Shown here in pieces: positions 25,225-38,992 of a stretch of DNA of 64,000 nucleotides (its first letter is position 1; every line of letters begins with the position of its first letter). A program made the position numbers and the translations under genes. Below the pieces are notes generated by a model. That model searched no databases. It had not been told where the DNA came from and saw only the letters and a list, made by a program, of their open reading frames with translations. The stretch is from Eutreptiella sp. 'Long Island Sound 2002' (taxonomy: Eukaryota; Protista; Euglenida): positions 1,426,001 through 1,490,000 of the forward strand of contig OZ038378.1 of NCBI GenBank assembly GCA_964036045.1, read 5' to 3'.

Positions 25225-28200
25225 ACTGTTGAGACGAGTCGGCCACCCTCTCCGAATCCAGAGGATGACCTGGCACAAGACGGTACCCGGTCCATCTTCT
25301 GGACGAAGCCCTGGTATGCCTTGGGGTCGCGAATCAGGGGTGGCACCCCCGGAGAACTCTTCATGAATGAAAACGCGGTCCGTGCGCGTGCGGGGCTGCT
25401 GCACATCACCGCATGGGTCGTCTTCTGTATGCTACTCGTCAACCCCAACCCGCAGTTCCTGACGTACACGCTCGGTCCTGTCGTCGGCTGGGACATGCTG
25501 ACGGCCTCCCTCTTTGGGTTGACCCCGCTGTCCCCGGGATTCTTGGCACGCTGCTGGCCTGGAGAGCGCCGCCGGTCTGGAGGCCCGCAATGCCCAAGCG
25601 GTTTGCTTGGTCTCTTGGGGTGGCGATGGTCATCATTTGTGTGCTCCTGGGTCAGTTCCGGCAGAGGTATTGGTGCGAAGTGTCCGGCTGATTGCATTGC
25701 GTTGTGTTGTATTGCTACGGAACGGTTTTGTTCTTTCGTGATCATTCACCATTCGGTCCATTCATCATCATTCGATGATATATTCTGTGGTCAGGATTCA
25801 TCGTTTGGCTCATTCACAAAAGGTCCGTTGCATTACTCGGCCGGCAGCCCATATTTGCAACTGTGTGAGACACATGGATAGACAGCCCCCCTCGCTTTCC
25901 TGTTACCACGGATGTGTGCAAGCAGTGCACCCCACGGGCAGCCCACAAAACATTGCTCGGCCCTAAGGTGAAGGTCAGGGTCGCGCATGCCACGATCTCT
26001 CCTCCCCTTGCCCTGGTCCTCAACGACACTTGGAGACTATAACTTAAACTAGAAAAAGTACGCCTGGGAACTGTTTGAAGCCTCTGCCCACAGCAGCGAA
26101 CTGTTATCGTCGACCGCAAAGAAAAAGGGGGGGGGGGCACATGCACATGAGCACCTGTGCTCACGACGCGCTCCGTATGAACTCCCTTTGGCAACTTTAG
26201 ACCCCCCGGTGCCAACTTTAGACCCCAACTTTAGGCCCCCCAGTGCCAACTTTAGACCCCATCATTAGACCCCCAAGTGCCAAACTTAGACCCCAACTTT
26301 AGACCCCCAAGTGCCAACTTTAGACCCCAACTTTAGACCCCCAAGTGGAAGCACAGGCATGGCCCAGCAAGCCTCCCGCACTTCTTTCAGTTGCATCACA
26401 CACACCAATCCAATTTTCCTCGTGCAAAGACATGCTGACACGCTTGTGCCAGCAACGTGATGATAGCTCACACAGTGACTCTGCTGGGGGCCCCCACAAA
26501 AACTGTGCTCCCCCTGCGACTGCATCAGTGTCCACAGCTGCGGGATCGTCCAATTCATTCCCGATTCCATGAGCAGTAGATACTCGGTGGCCACAAACAA
26601 ATCCTTTCATGGAACCGCCTCACACAACAGTCTGCATCTTGGTGCTCAGCAACAACACAAGGATGAGCGAGGGTGACAGGACCCACAGTGAAGGGTGCCA
26701 CTGCCCACTTCCCCCTGCGGTTTGGATCGATTCATGGCGATGAACTGCCATTTTCGGCCATGGAATGCCGTTTTCCCCCCATTTTGGGGACCACCGGCTC
26801 TTGCAATGGACCAGTCCCTCCTCAGCAGCAAGAGGATACTGTGCTGTTTGCTGTCACCGGGCCCTGGTGATCGATCCAGTGATTGTGTGTATTGATGATT
26901 GCTGGGTGGCGCCTCCCTTGGGCTGCTGCGGCGGGTTCGTGTTGCATACAGACAATTGTTTTGTGGCTTGTTCAGTGGGAATTTGGGAAAGGACAGGGGG
27001 GGAACGTTAGTGCGCCGGGCGCGCGCCGGGCATCTTTTGTGACCCGTGCCCCACCGGTGGACTTTTGCCGTTGATATGTTGGGCAACATTATATGGATTT
27101 GCCCTTTGGCCCCCGGGACATCAGCAGATGTTTTGATTTGGGATGGGTATGGACCTTCTCGTTCCCGAGGTGATTTCTTTGATTTCGAAGTTGGGGGCCA
27201 TGATGGTGCTCATAACGGCCGGATTCATGTCATTGTGCCATTCATTGGAAGAAAGAATGGCACTTTGACAGCCCGCCAACAATGTTATAATGACGTGCAC
27301 GGGTGGTATAGGGCACACATTGAGCAGCTGTTTGCTCAGTTGTGGCACTCAAGATGAGGCAAAGGATGAGGCAGAAGTGTGTGTGTTGTGTTGCCAGAAG
27401 CGCTCCACCGTCGCAGTTTGTGATGAGTGTAACGAGCACTATTGTACTGAATGTATTGACACCCACACTTGTGGGACCAATGTTGTTTGTTAAGTACAAT
27501 ACATATGACAGGTGGAGTTGCTGAATTCACAGATATTGCCTTATTATGCAACGTGCTTTGTAGGGAAGGTGTGCAGTGCAACGTGGTCTACTAGGGGGGC
27601 TTCTCCATGAGAGGGTAAATCTGGGGCTGAAGTCGGGAGAGTTAATAGAAAAGTAGCACGCCGGGCGCGCGCCGGGCAAACATTCCCCCATTTGTGGGAT
27701 CATCGTAGCACTGGACAGCTCTGAACCTTGATCCCGAGGGGTCACCTCGAGTACTGTGAAGTTAGCAGGCTATACCAGCTCATCTTGGTCTGAGCCAAAC
27801 AAAAAGTACCGTTTGTGAAGTACAATACAAATGACATTTGGAGTTGTTGAATTCACAGCGATTGTCTAATTATGCAACGTGCTTTGCAGGGAAGGTGCGC
27901 AGTCCATCATGGTCGATTTGGGGGGCCTTCTCCATCAGAGGGTAAATCTCGGGCTGAAGTCGGGATAGTTAATAGAAAGGTAGCGCGCCTGGCAAACATT
28001 CCCCCAGGGACCGCTTGTTTGGTGGCATTTCCAGAGGGTGTGCTGTTGGTTGTTGACGTATGGCGGTGGTGTACCCTCATCCGGTGCAGGTACGCAGCCA
28101 TGGCTGTCAATGTCGTTTGCATCGCCCTAACATGGATGGAAGCTTCCCTCGGGTTCTGCTTGGGGTGCTGGGGCTGGAACAAGTTCATAGTGCCGATGTT

Positions 28201-30729
28201 CAGGAAAGACGAGTGCACCGATTGTGAAACCCCCGGGGTCAAGCCAGTTGCTGTGGCTCGACTCAAAGAGATTCAGGAAATGACCGCACAGTACCCGCTG
28301 GTGGTCTTTTCCAAAAACAGCTGCCCTCACTGCCAACAAGTGAAGAGCGTTCTCAAGAGACTTGGAGCGGAGCCCAAGGTCTGTGCACCGTTTGTTTCCC
28401 GTACCCGTGTGAATGCGTTCCGCCAATGCCTTTGCCTGTGTCTCTGCCATTCCCTGTGCCCATGCCATCTCCGTTTCTATGTATGCCTGTGCACCTCTCT
28501 CACGCTAAGCGAGCACCAACAACCAACAGCATCGACGGCGACGGCGACGGCGCCGCGTTGCTTTCGTTGTGTCGAAGCAGCAGCAGCAGGCTCCACAATA
28601 TGCCGGAGAAACGCCCCACCAAGGGCTCAAACCGGCCCAGATTGTGTGCCATTGGGCTGGAAACAGCCCAGACCCGTGACCGGGGGGGGGGGGGGGGTTG
28701 GGCCACGTGGCTCAAATCCCATTCCGAGTGCACCGAGTCCATCCGCGACCCCCACTTTTTGCTATTTTTCACCCGCTCAGAATCGGATAATCAGACACTA
28801 AGACCCCCCGTCGGCGCCCTCTTGGCCCTGGCGCCCAAGCGCATTTTAGCGCAATCGGTCAAAAACTACCCGGGATGGTGTTGTTGATGCATCCAAGCCC
28901 CCGTTTCGTCGGCCAGTTTTCGCTGACTTTGCAGAAACAGTCTGCCGAAACGTCCAGTTACTGATTTTCGCCGATGCATTTCACTGATACGGAGGGTTTC
29001 CCAGTTAGTTGAAACAATAGAAAACTGGTTGCAAGGGATAGGCATAAGAAAGGGGTGGCATTGCTTGCCCGGGTGCGGGGGGGGGGGGGATTTGTGGTGC
29101 AACTGGGGTCCCCCCTTCATTGCAGGGGACGTAATCTTGTCGTTGTGTACAGCCCATTGGGACCACAATGATCTGACATGTGCACCATTCCTTTTGCATC
29201 ATTGGAGAATTCATGGTTTTTCTGATGTTCCTTGTTCAGTTGGACGCCATGAAGTGTTATTATTTCCCACGAAAAGGTGCTCCTGTGGTCCCCTTCGATT
29301 CTTTCCTTCCTGCTGATCAGACTTTTCTGCGGGACAAGCACCCTAATGTTGGTGAGGCAGCAGCTTGCGACTTGTGCGTTCGGTCGGCAACGCACTCCAA
29401 CGCCACATCATCAGCCGCGGAGGCAGTGGATTGTGGGTTTCAACGGTCTTCGGCTCCTGTTGTAGATAGAGTCTGCTGGTGCCACGTCTTTGGTCGCACA
29501 CTCAGTGGATTCTGGGCTTGCGCCGCTTGCAGCATCCCTTGCGGGGTCTTCTGGTGCTGCAAATGGGCTGCTAGCAGAGGCCCAAAGGAAAGTGGTGAGG
29601 CCCTGTCGGCCAGAAGCTGTGAAACAAGCGGGGGAATCCCGTGTGCTTACAACAGTTACCTTGCAAGCCCCCGTTGACAAATAGGGTCAATGCAGATTGT
29701 ATGATTACAATGGCTTCTTGTACTGTCAGCCATGCGGAAAGAAAGTAGATCACACACGGGAGGACACAATCACAAAGCATGTGACTTCGGACACTCACGA
29801 CATTCAAACATGTAGCATCATGGACGGGCATGATGGTGCGCTGCCCGTTTGATGTGCAGCACTGTTGAGACCCTTTTTCTTGGTGGGGGGGCAATTATTT
29901 GTGCTGTAAAAAGTTGCATATTGCTGGGTTTGGGCCTACTACCGTCAATCTAGAGAATATGGCACGGACCACTCAGCCATGATCCATCTCTACCCACATG
30001 ACACAAAAATACCATCTACTGCCCGAAGTCTGATTCTTTTTTCTAATGTTTCAACTTGCAATGGTTTTGCAAATGTCCCTAAAGATACATAGTTATAAGA
30101 ACCAAGGAGAGTGTGCCTTTGGGGCCTAGAAACCACCCTGGGCCTGAATGTGCACAATGGGCAGGGTTTTGGTAAAAAAAATAGTGTTTGCCACAATGTT
30201 GCATAATCTTCGCCGAAATGGGGGCTTGCTTAGTGGTGGTGGTGGCGGTGGCGGTGCCAGCTAATTTTGAGGGGTGGTCAGGTGAAGTGTAATGTTGTAA
30301 TATATCAATGTCGGTGCCCACGTCTGTGCCTATGTCACTATGAATTTATGTTCCAATGTCTGTGCGCTTATCTGTGCCCATGCCTGTTCACAAATATTTC
30401 ATCTGTGCGTGTCTGCACCAAAAGCCCCGTCCCCAGTCTGCTATGTGGATCCCTCTGCCTGCACCCGTGCCAATGGCTGTGCTCATGTCTATACAGCTCA
30501 CACCGATCCCAACATCTCTCTCTAGATTGTGGAGTTGGACGAGACACAAGACGAGCCCGGCTATGCCTCAGCATTGCTCGAGCTGACAGGCCAGGCAACG
30601 GTACCCAACGTGTTCATTGGTGGCCAAAGCGTTGCTCGGAGTGAAACGGTCCTCGACTTCTACGATGAAGACAGAGTATGCCCAATCTTGGTCGAGAAGG
30701 GTGTGCCAGCTCCAAACTGCCAACAGTGA
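25225..30729 (+). CDS. DUF4395-family membrane protein fused to a CPHC glutaredoxin; exons 25225-25666, 28090-28378, 30526-30729; upstream exon(s) not located
   Basis: NENAVRARAGL, PKRFAWSLG and WMEASLGFCLGC (DUF4395-like); VVFSKNSCPHC and TVPNVFIGG (glutaredoxin). GT..AG introns 25667-28089 and 28379-30525 keep the frame. One 1-nt slip in CCCCGGG near 25535. Confidence 0.8.
26190..26345. repeat. Short degenerate tandem repeat (CAACTTTAGACCC core)
   Basis: About 9-10 copies seen directly, in intron 1 of the DUF4395 gene. Confidence 0.85.
26996..27689 (+). mobile_element. Internally deleted Harbinger/ISL2EU-like element: transposase C-terminal half plus B-box-like finger; its 3' end is duplicated at ~27815-28005
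   Basis: FAVDMLGNIIWICPLAPGTSADVLIW...GHDGAH...YNDVHGWYRAHIEQLF, then CVLCCQKRSTVAVCDECNEHYCTECIDTH. Weak putative TIRs GGGGGAACGTTAG / CAAACATTCCCCC; no clear TSD. Confidence 0.65.
29690..29800 (+). mobile_element. CGGBP1/BED-like zinc-finger remnant, probably a decayed hAT transposase N-terminus
   Basis: DYNGFLYCQPCGKKVDHTREDTITKHVTSDTH (LxCxxC...D..R..TI.KH..S..H), flanked by stops, in intron 2 of the DUF4395 gene. Confidence 0.5.
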
Positions 30730-33682
30730 CATTGCGTGCAGTCGCATCGCGTGCGACACCTGCAGTTTGGGGTCGCCCAAAGGAGTTGTGCCGATGCCAC
30801 GCTCCATCTGGTTTTTCGCCCGAGGGCTGTATTGATGCGGCCTACCCCCGAAGTGGCCCCTGAGGCTGCGTTGGGAGTTGTGGTCACAGCACCCTGGCAT
30901 TGGAGAAGTCGGGCCACGTCAGTTATGTGGTCAGTTTACGAGCCGGTGGTGATGCCAGCAATGCGACTTCTGTTCGTATGTCAATGGGGACTCCAACCCC
31001 CTTCTTGGCTTCTGGCCTGCCCCCCTCGAAAACGTGATTGCAAATAAGCAGCAAGGTCCTGTCTGGGATGCCTGTCGTCGCATCAATGCACAACTCTGAT
31101 GGGGTTTGCTTGTGCGGCCCAACGAGAGGTCTCTCGCTGTTCCCGCTGCCCCTGTAGTTCAGTGTGGGTTGTCGGTGCGATTTCCAGTTGGAAGAACGTT
31201 GCGCGGGCCGGCGTCGGAACTCCATGACCGCCGTCGGTTGGCTCGCACAGTGTCACTCCACAAAGGCAGTGCAAGAACTGTGTCAGACTCATCTGTCTCA
31301 AGGGTTTGTCGATACTGTTTGATTCCTTTTGCTGTTGCAGAGGGACTGGTCACACACAAGGTTGTGACTGCCCCCCTCAGCCCCGCAAGCCCGCGTGGTT
31401 GCCATCCGATGTGTGAACTTGTACAGTGATATTCTATGTGTTTGTAAGATTTATAAGATATTGAGCTGGATACCGGACATTCCGCGTGTGGACGTTTTAT
31501 AAGCCCTTTTCTTTTCTCTTATCGCCGCCTTAAGGACCGTGACCCCCACCCCTCGTCGTGCTGACCACCGACTGCGGTCGGTTACCGGGCCATTGGTTAA
31601 CCGACACCTGCCGTCGGTGAACCGTTGCAGTTAACATCGATCGGCAATAGAATCTCGGAAAAAATGTTCTTTCAAAAAATGTCACGAGGCCCATCCAATT
31701 GCACAGAGGAATGTGCTGAACGCGAAGATGTACCGTATGTGGTGGGGGCCAACAATCACTTTTTTCTTCCAAGGATCAAACCTGGTAGAAGTTGGCCAAA
31801 ATTGGCCGGCCCCATCTCATCTTCATCATTTCGTCATCGGGGGACCCCCTCCCCCCCCGCTCACTGCATACATCCCTGGTTCTCCACCCCCCTTTGCTAC
31901 AGCCCCCCCTTAGGACTGCCGCGGAGTGCGACATGTTCCTCTCTGCGCTCCGGCCCTCTGCAATCGAAGTCCACTGCGTTTCTGCACCGCCGCCCCTCCC
32001 ACCGTAAGCCCTTCTGGAGGGCCTTGTCCCGGAGCACCCTCGGCTCCGACGCCGCCCAGCTCTCGCGGCGCTCCAGTGCGTCCGGCCTCCTCCGCTGATG
32101 ATACGCCAGCTCTCGCGGCGCTCCAGTGCGGCCGGCCACCCTCCACTTGGACAACGGCCCTATTCCTGCTGCCCCGTCGCCCCCGGAGCGCGTTCATGGT
32201 CCCGGGGCTGACCCAGACGGGGCACTGCGGTCCTGCGCCTGCGGGCCCAATTATCACCCCCCCCCCCCCCCCCAACGCACGGCCCCTTCAATAGCCCAAC
32301 CTCGGGTGGCCGAGTGGGGCCAGTGAACGCAGCACGGGACGGGAGCGACCACTGACCAGTATGTACGCCTAATCCAGTAGAGTCCACAGGCCCAGGAGGG
32401 CGAGCACGAGCAGGGAGCAGGGGTGTGGCAAGGCCCACGAGGTGCACTGAGACGCCGCCGGACAACGGCCATTGGACAGAGGGCGGATGACAGCCGTGGG
32501 GCAGGCGCGGCCAGAGCCCTATGCGGACCCGACCATGTTGAGGCCCCCGCACGGTCCACTACTCCACGTGCGACTTTTGCGACACCCACATCAACAATCC
32601 ATGGCCCCTCGCCCAAACAAGCCAGATGCTACCTCCCTGACAGGCCAACCCCTGGTGCAGCCTAATTCCGCCCGCACCGTCGTGCTGGCCCTGGAGAACC
32701 GCCCCACGGCGCTTGCCCTTCCTGTGGTGGGCCTTGCACAAGTCGCTGTATTCCCCTTCGGCGCTGTTATGCCAACTCCCTGGCAATCGGCCGGCCCAGG
32801 GCCCAGAGGCAGACCAACGGGGTTACGCAGTGTCCTGTGCACAACGGCAGTCCCCAGCCTCCCCCCCCCCCCCCCACGGCTGACCTGCTCATGGTCCTCG
32901 ACACACTGCAGTGCGCGACGCGCCCCCTCCCCACCTCTCACCCACAACCGCATCGCCCACCCCTGGGGCGCGTCCTGCCCCTTTCCGTGGCCCTTCTGGC
33001 ACGCCGGGTCACGCGCGGTCTGCAACACCGGGTTAGGGTGGCCGGTGGTTCTGTTCCTATCCCCATCCCAGCCTCGCTGCGTCACCGAGGGGCACGCGCA
33101 GTGACTGTGCTGGTGCGTCCCAGCCCGACCGCCATGACTGGCCTCCTGCAGCGACACCCGGACCCGCTCTTAGTGATAATTTACTCGGTGGATGTTCACC
33201 ACTTGCAGAAGCGCGTCGGTCGTAAGCACGTCGGTCGTAAGCTGTCGGTCCTGGCCGTCCGCGCCGACGTGATCCTGTGGCAACATCGACGTGGTGCACA
33301 TCCTCCCTCTGCAAGACAACTTCCAATGAGGCCGGCTCAGTGCTTGCACGTCAGGGTGCCAGGGAGGAAGGGACAGAGGGGCCCGAGGCCAGGCCACTGA
33401 CAGCTGTTTGGCACGAACTTGTTTTTCCGCTTGCTTGCGGTAGACGGAGCCTGCAGTGCAAATGTGCAGAACCTCCAGCTACAGTGTCGTACCCAGGGGT
33501 AGCTGGAGTCACGGGGGTGGCGAGTCACCACCCCTCTCTGGACTTGGTTTTCCGTGTATTTGAGTCAACCCTATTCCAGGTAAATAGATCGTGCCCCAAA
33601 GGTGTACCCATGTAGGAGTCACACCCCAAGAAAAAATGATTGCTTGCATATTTGAGGTACACAATTATAAAACCGCTGCTTT

Positions 33683-33975
33683 GTGTTCAAGACTATTCAC
33701 TACAAAACTGCTTGTTCTCAAAACTATTCGTCCAAAACTGTTCACTGCAAAACTGGTTGTTCTAAAACCTATTTGTTCAAAACTACTCACTGCAAGACTG
33801 TTTGTTCTCAAGCCTATTTGTTCAAAATTATTCACTGCAAAACTGTTTGTTTTGAAAGCTATTTTGTTAAAAAACTATTTACTGTGTTTGTTGTCAAAAC
33901 TATTTGTTCAAACCTTTTCACTGCAATACTTGCAATACTGTTTGTTTTCAAAACTATTTGTTAAAAACTATTCGC
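33683..33975. repeat. ~45-bp AT-rich tandem repeat (~6 copies)
   Basis: AAAACT(G/A)TT...TTCACTGC units; gives the KLFTAKLVVLKPICS-type pseudo-ORF. Confidence 0.8.
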
Positions 33976-34385
33976 TGCAATGCAACCCTTCACTAACTAC
34001 AACACCGTCGGAGGCACAAGCAGTGTGGACAGCGGCATCGCAGCATTACAGCATCACTGTCCCCGAACGATTTTGAAGGACCGCGGTAAATGCGGATACA
34101 CCAAACTGGAGAGGCTCAGGCTCACATGCATTTCTGCAAATTATGTCAATAGTTGTCTACAAGACAATGGTTATCATGCAGGTTCTCGAAATCAAGGCAA
34201 AATGTTCGACACAATGTTGAATCGTGGCCAATGACCAAACACAACGCTAAAGATTTACCCATTCACGGATCGTGGGGTAGGAATGGCAGAGGAGAAGTGG
34301 TGGTTGGGCAGCTGAGGTACTTTTGCAGAGCTCCGTCCTGGGAACATAGGATTGAACGATAGGATGGCGGAAAGGTTCTCACCAT

Positions 34386-34790
34386 GCACACCGCACCTTT
34401 CCAGCTTCCGCAGTATTTCAAAGTCACCAACGGCCAGAACGTGTTTCCTCGGCGCCTGCTTCAATGTGGCGTCCATGTACGGCACCAGGTTCTTGAGGGC
34501 AGCAAGATGAACGAAAGAGCAATCAGCTGCAACACATACAAATCGCGCAAACGCTTCGGCGAGTCTTGTGCAAGCTTCATGCACATCACTTCCTTCGCCC
34601 AGCGACGGCCCCTTGAAATGGATGAGCACAGCCTGCTGCGCAAAGCCAAACTGCCTGCTCTTGAGTGCGGCCTCACCATACGCACACGCAGCCCTGTGGT
34701 CGATAGCCTTGTAGATGTCACCGTCGCGGAACACCTCAGCCCACCAGCGCTGCACTTGCTCCATACTTCCAAGGAACACACCCAGTGACT
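34386..34790 (-). CDS. Probable isolated coding exon, unknown (helical) protein
   Basis: ORF 34255..34779 has a globular, non-repetitive composition (EQVQRWWAEVFRDGDIYKAIDH...FEILRKLERC) and plausible AG and G|GTGAGA boundaries. No family recognised. Confidence 0.35.
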
Positions 34791-34839
34791 ACTGTGCAGA
34801 TTGGAACATGCAGTGTGACAAGGCAGGCAGCAATCAACA

Positions 34840-35570
34840 GGCAACAAGCAGCTGTCCAGTCATTAGTCAGCAAGCAGCAAGCAGCAAGCAGCAATCGGCA
34901 AGCAGCAGTCAACAAGTAGCAAGCAGCGATCGGCAAGCAGCAAGCAGCTAAAGAGGCAATCAGCAATCAGCCATCAGCAGGCAGCAATCAGCTAGCAGCA
35001 ACCAGCAACCAGCAGGCACGATTGCACAAACCAAACAGCAACAGACACGATCGCAAATGACACCTACAAACAGACACCATCACAAAGGGCACATGGCACA
35101 AACCAAACAGCAACAGACTTGTTCGCAAATGAAAGACAACCCACACACGTGCAAACACCCACAATCGCAAAGGACACTGAAGAGAGGTGACATCAACCCA
35201 CTGCTGAGCCCAGCAGAAAATCAGAAAATCTCCCGGCCAAGTAAGCACAAGGCGCACAAACTTGCGACCAGACTGGTGGTGACAAAGATGTGAAGCATCG
35301 GAATCACACAGCAACAACGCCAGTGTTTCCGGACTGGGTAACTTCCAGGAGCAGGAGCCGTGTGACACCATTGACACTACTAACAGCGGCCATAACACTA
35401 CCAACAGCGGCCGGAACACAAACGACACTGTCAATAACGCAAACAACACTGTCAACAGCGACCGTAACACCACTAACACTACCAACAGTGCCGTCACACA
35501 GCAGAAAATCAGAAAATCTGGGCGCAGCGACTTCCAGAGGCAGGAGCATGTTACACACCACACTTGATCC
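34840..35570. repeat. Low-complexity (AGC/AGCA, CAAAC/CAAC) strand-biased tract
   Basis: Degenerate AGCAAGCAGC runs; CAGCAGAAAATCAGAAAATCT occurs twice (~35211, ~35499). Confidence 0.7.
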
Positions 35571-37349
35571 CAGGGCTGTAGAAACTCAGAAGCGACATCG
35601 AGGAGACGTGGATCCTTCTGACTATATATGGCTCCTCGCGGTAAATTCCTTCAACGGCCACTCACTCCAAGTAGCACAAAGTATGGACAGGACAGGCTCT
35701 ACGTTGCCCTTCCCATGATGGAGCAGTTGAACTGTGGGGGATTAAGGACACTAGTTGGCTTTCACACACCCAACACATCGTGGACGGAATGCAACCTGTT
35801 TTGGTTTTTGCTCCGCTAAAGTCCAAAGCTTTCCTTTCGAAAAGGATGTTATTCAAATCGTTTAGACAAGGTGCAGTCCTACAAAAATTCATGTCCTCCT
35901 CACGATTTGCGCCTCGGTTTTCCACTTTACCCCAAATTCGGTGGATGGTCATTGATTCCTACAGATTACGGTATTTTCAAACACATCAGTGTATAGCCCT
36001 TGCTCTGGGCTATGTGATACACCTGGTGCTTTTTCTTATTTCATCACTTTTGTGACATTTTTTGGTGTTCGTGGATCACACAAGAGCTATATATTGTTGC
36101 GCAGGCGGCCAGCGGCTGGTCCTCAGATGATGGAGTTTCGCTCGGACGACCATATACGTCAAATCACGTCGTCTGATGTCGCGCGTGTTTGTGTCGCAGA
36201 CCTGCCCGCGACTGGCGAAATAATTGACTCGCAACCTCCGCGACTCCGGGCACTCCTGGGTATACATGATGGTGGACCAACCGGATCCCCAAGGGAAAGG
36301 GGGGGGGGGAATTGATTTCGGTCTCTCATCCCGAGCTTATCTGATCCATCTGGAGCATTGCCCCAAATGGACGGGGTGCAGACCGTCCGTTCCTTTGTGC
36401 CGCTGCGCATTGCTTCCACCCACTTCCAAGTCGTGTTTCCACAAAGATTGAGCATGTTGACCGTTTTTAAGTGGGGATCGGGGGGGGGGGGGGGGCTTCT
36501 GCAGAGTGGCAACGAGGTAGTGCACACAGCGGTCCAGAGAGTGCTGGGAATGCATGCTCGCCTAAGACCTTGAGTTGAGTCATTATTCCATTCCCCGGTC
36601 TTGCTTCTCTTGCAGAGGCATGGCTGACTGCCAGGCCGCATCCTCGTGGTCCTGGTTCAGATTTCTTCCTGCTACTGTGTGCTAAGGCCCTGCCAGGGGC
36701 GTGGCAGGATCTCTCATGCCAGCTCGCAACAGGGCTCTTGAGAATGCCGTTCACAGTGGGCAGGTGAACCCTAGTTTTGGCCCATATCCATACGTTCACC
36801 TACTCCTGTGAGCAGAGATACACCATGGTATCCCCCCTCCCCCCTCGTCTAAGGTACAGTTTGTGCAAGATACGGAGAGTGCACGTACCATATTAATTTG
36901 TGGCCTAACTTGATTCAGTCCTGGTCAGTAGATGTGGGCCAAAATGCTCCGTCTGCGTGCCCTTTCGGTTGTGTGCTCAGCCGCATGGGTTCTACTGTGA
37001 GTTGTCCGACGGTTCCCCATCCTACCATCTCGCTTTGTTGTGGGTTAATGAAATGCAGCGGCCATTGGAGCCAGCTGCATCCACGTGCCTGGATAGTACA
37101 GGTTGAACTGCTGTGCACAAGATACGCCCCATCTGAGACACAAGGGGTGTGTGCATCACATCAATCTCCAATATGACAGGATCGTGGGCAAGGGTGGCGG
37201 GGGTACTTTGATGCACAGATATCATGAGGCTGCATGGTCAGTATGAGTGACCTCCTCCACGTGACATGGGGTGTTATCTGTGATCATCAGTGAGACCGGG
37301 GCATTGCGGTTGCTGTTTTTTTTGCACATCAGCGTGTTATTCTCGGAGA

Positions 37350-37787
37350 ATGCATGACGATGCTTCCTCCTTCGCCATGGAGGCCCTTGACAGGGAGCTT
37401 GAGGCAGAGTATATCAGCAAGTACCGCCAGACCACCAAACCGTCGCAGTACCCGATGCCATTAAGCATACTTTCTGAAAGTCTGCGTCCGAGTTTCATCA
37501 CGTCGCCGGCATCAGCCCCGAAGTCCCATGCACGTGACGCACCCAAATCCCATGCACATGCCATGCCCAAGCCCCATGCCCGTGACAACCCCAAGTCCCA
37601 CGGACCAGACAAGGCCCTCGGGGCACGGAATGCAATTGTCGCGCTTCGGAAGCTTCTGTATGACAAGCCCACGCTGTCGACCCAAGACCATTGGGATATG
37701 GAGGAGATCCTTCGCAACCATGACACGTGTTGGTTTGAAGTCCTTCACTTTGCACTGAAAGGTGTGGCATTGTTCACTGGTTTGTAG
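37350..37787 (+). other. Possible decayed coding sequence with 4 PK(S/P)H repeats
   Basis: MHDDASSFAMEALDRELEAEYISKYRQ...APKSHARD/APKSHAHA/MPKPHARD/NPKSH...; downstream frames are broken. No family recognised. Confidence 0.25.
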
Positions 37788-38992
37788 CCGTGACGACAGC
37801 CCTGATGGGCCGAAGCAAAGGTTTTCGGGGCCCAATGCTGTTCAAATATATTTTCACTGGATTTACCAAAGATGGCGTTTCCAGACCCCATCGTCACTCT
37901 GATCCCCGAAACACCATCTTTTGCTCTTCTGAAATTCGGGGCCCAGGTCCATCGCGAGGGGCTTTTAGGATTTCCGACCAATGGAGTCCCTTTTTGGGGG
38001 GTTGTCCAGCCATGGGCCTCTCCCTTGTCCAGGCAAAAAGCTTGTTTGGTGAAGCAATAGCCATCACCCGATGAATTGTTGTTCCAGACCTTGGGGATGG
38101 GTGTGTTGTGGGGTTGGGGCCGCTGATGGAAACACACCTTTTACCCCCAAGTACCACCTGTAATCGCGGATTCGGATTAAGCCGTGTGTGTCATCCACCC
38201 GATTCCGGCATGGTTCCCCCGGGGTAAGGGGGCCCAGGGCAGACATGGTTTCACCAGTTTCCAAGCCCTAACCTTTTTGACACGGGTGTCTTTTCGGGGA
38301 CTGGTGACCATGCCGAACAATAAACCGACACAGGTCAAGCCTCGATGCAACCCTCCTTGCGTGTGTGCTCGCTCCATTTGGCGTGTGTGCCCATGGCGGG
38401 CAACATCCCCGACCTCTGTGCTCAGAGCCAACTCCGCAGTATCCATCGCCGCTCAAGTCGGGAGGTGGTATGCCAACAGCGGTCCCCGGTATCCCTCGAC
38501 CGGCGCCTGAACCGTGGACAGCCGGCAGGAGTGGCAGCACTAAGGCCCTGGAGATTCAGGTATTCTGACTTCAGAGGGGGTGCACATCTGAGACAGGAAC
38601 GCGGTTCTTCTTTGCACGTATTTGTGAGAGTTTAGCGACGTCCCTGTGTGCCGATGGTGCAGAGAAGGAGGGCCTTCTTTTGTGCTGTTATTGACACCGT
38701 GCTGGTGGCTCCCGGCGGGAGCAGCACCAGATACCTGAAAGCAATCCACCAGAACCCTTCAGGGATTTCCAGTGACCATGCAGAATCCTCCAGGAAGTAA
38801 CAAAAATCCAGAGGCTACACTGCAACAATGCAATGCATCAGGCGTAGAGGTGGGCCACATGCAGTGCTGCTGCATTGCAGTGGTGCATTTGTCCCATTCG
38901 TTCATGTTATAGAGTTGGTGCACAATTTTTCGACGCAAATTTACCACAGATTTTTACAGGGCTTTCCCGGAATTGCGGTTGAGGGCCCAGGA

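Noticed and set aside
26190-26345. Interstitial telomeric repeat
   Set aside because: The unit (TTTAGACCCC-like, irregular) does not match TTAGGG or TTTAGGG.
31900-33400. GC-rich region with many overlapping ORFs
   Set aside because: High GC explains the ORF density; no domain motif or consistent splice pattern was found.
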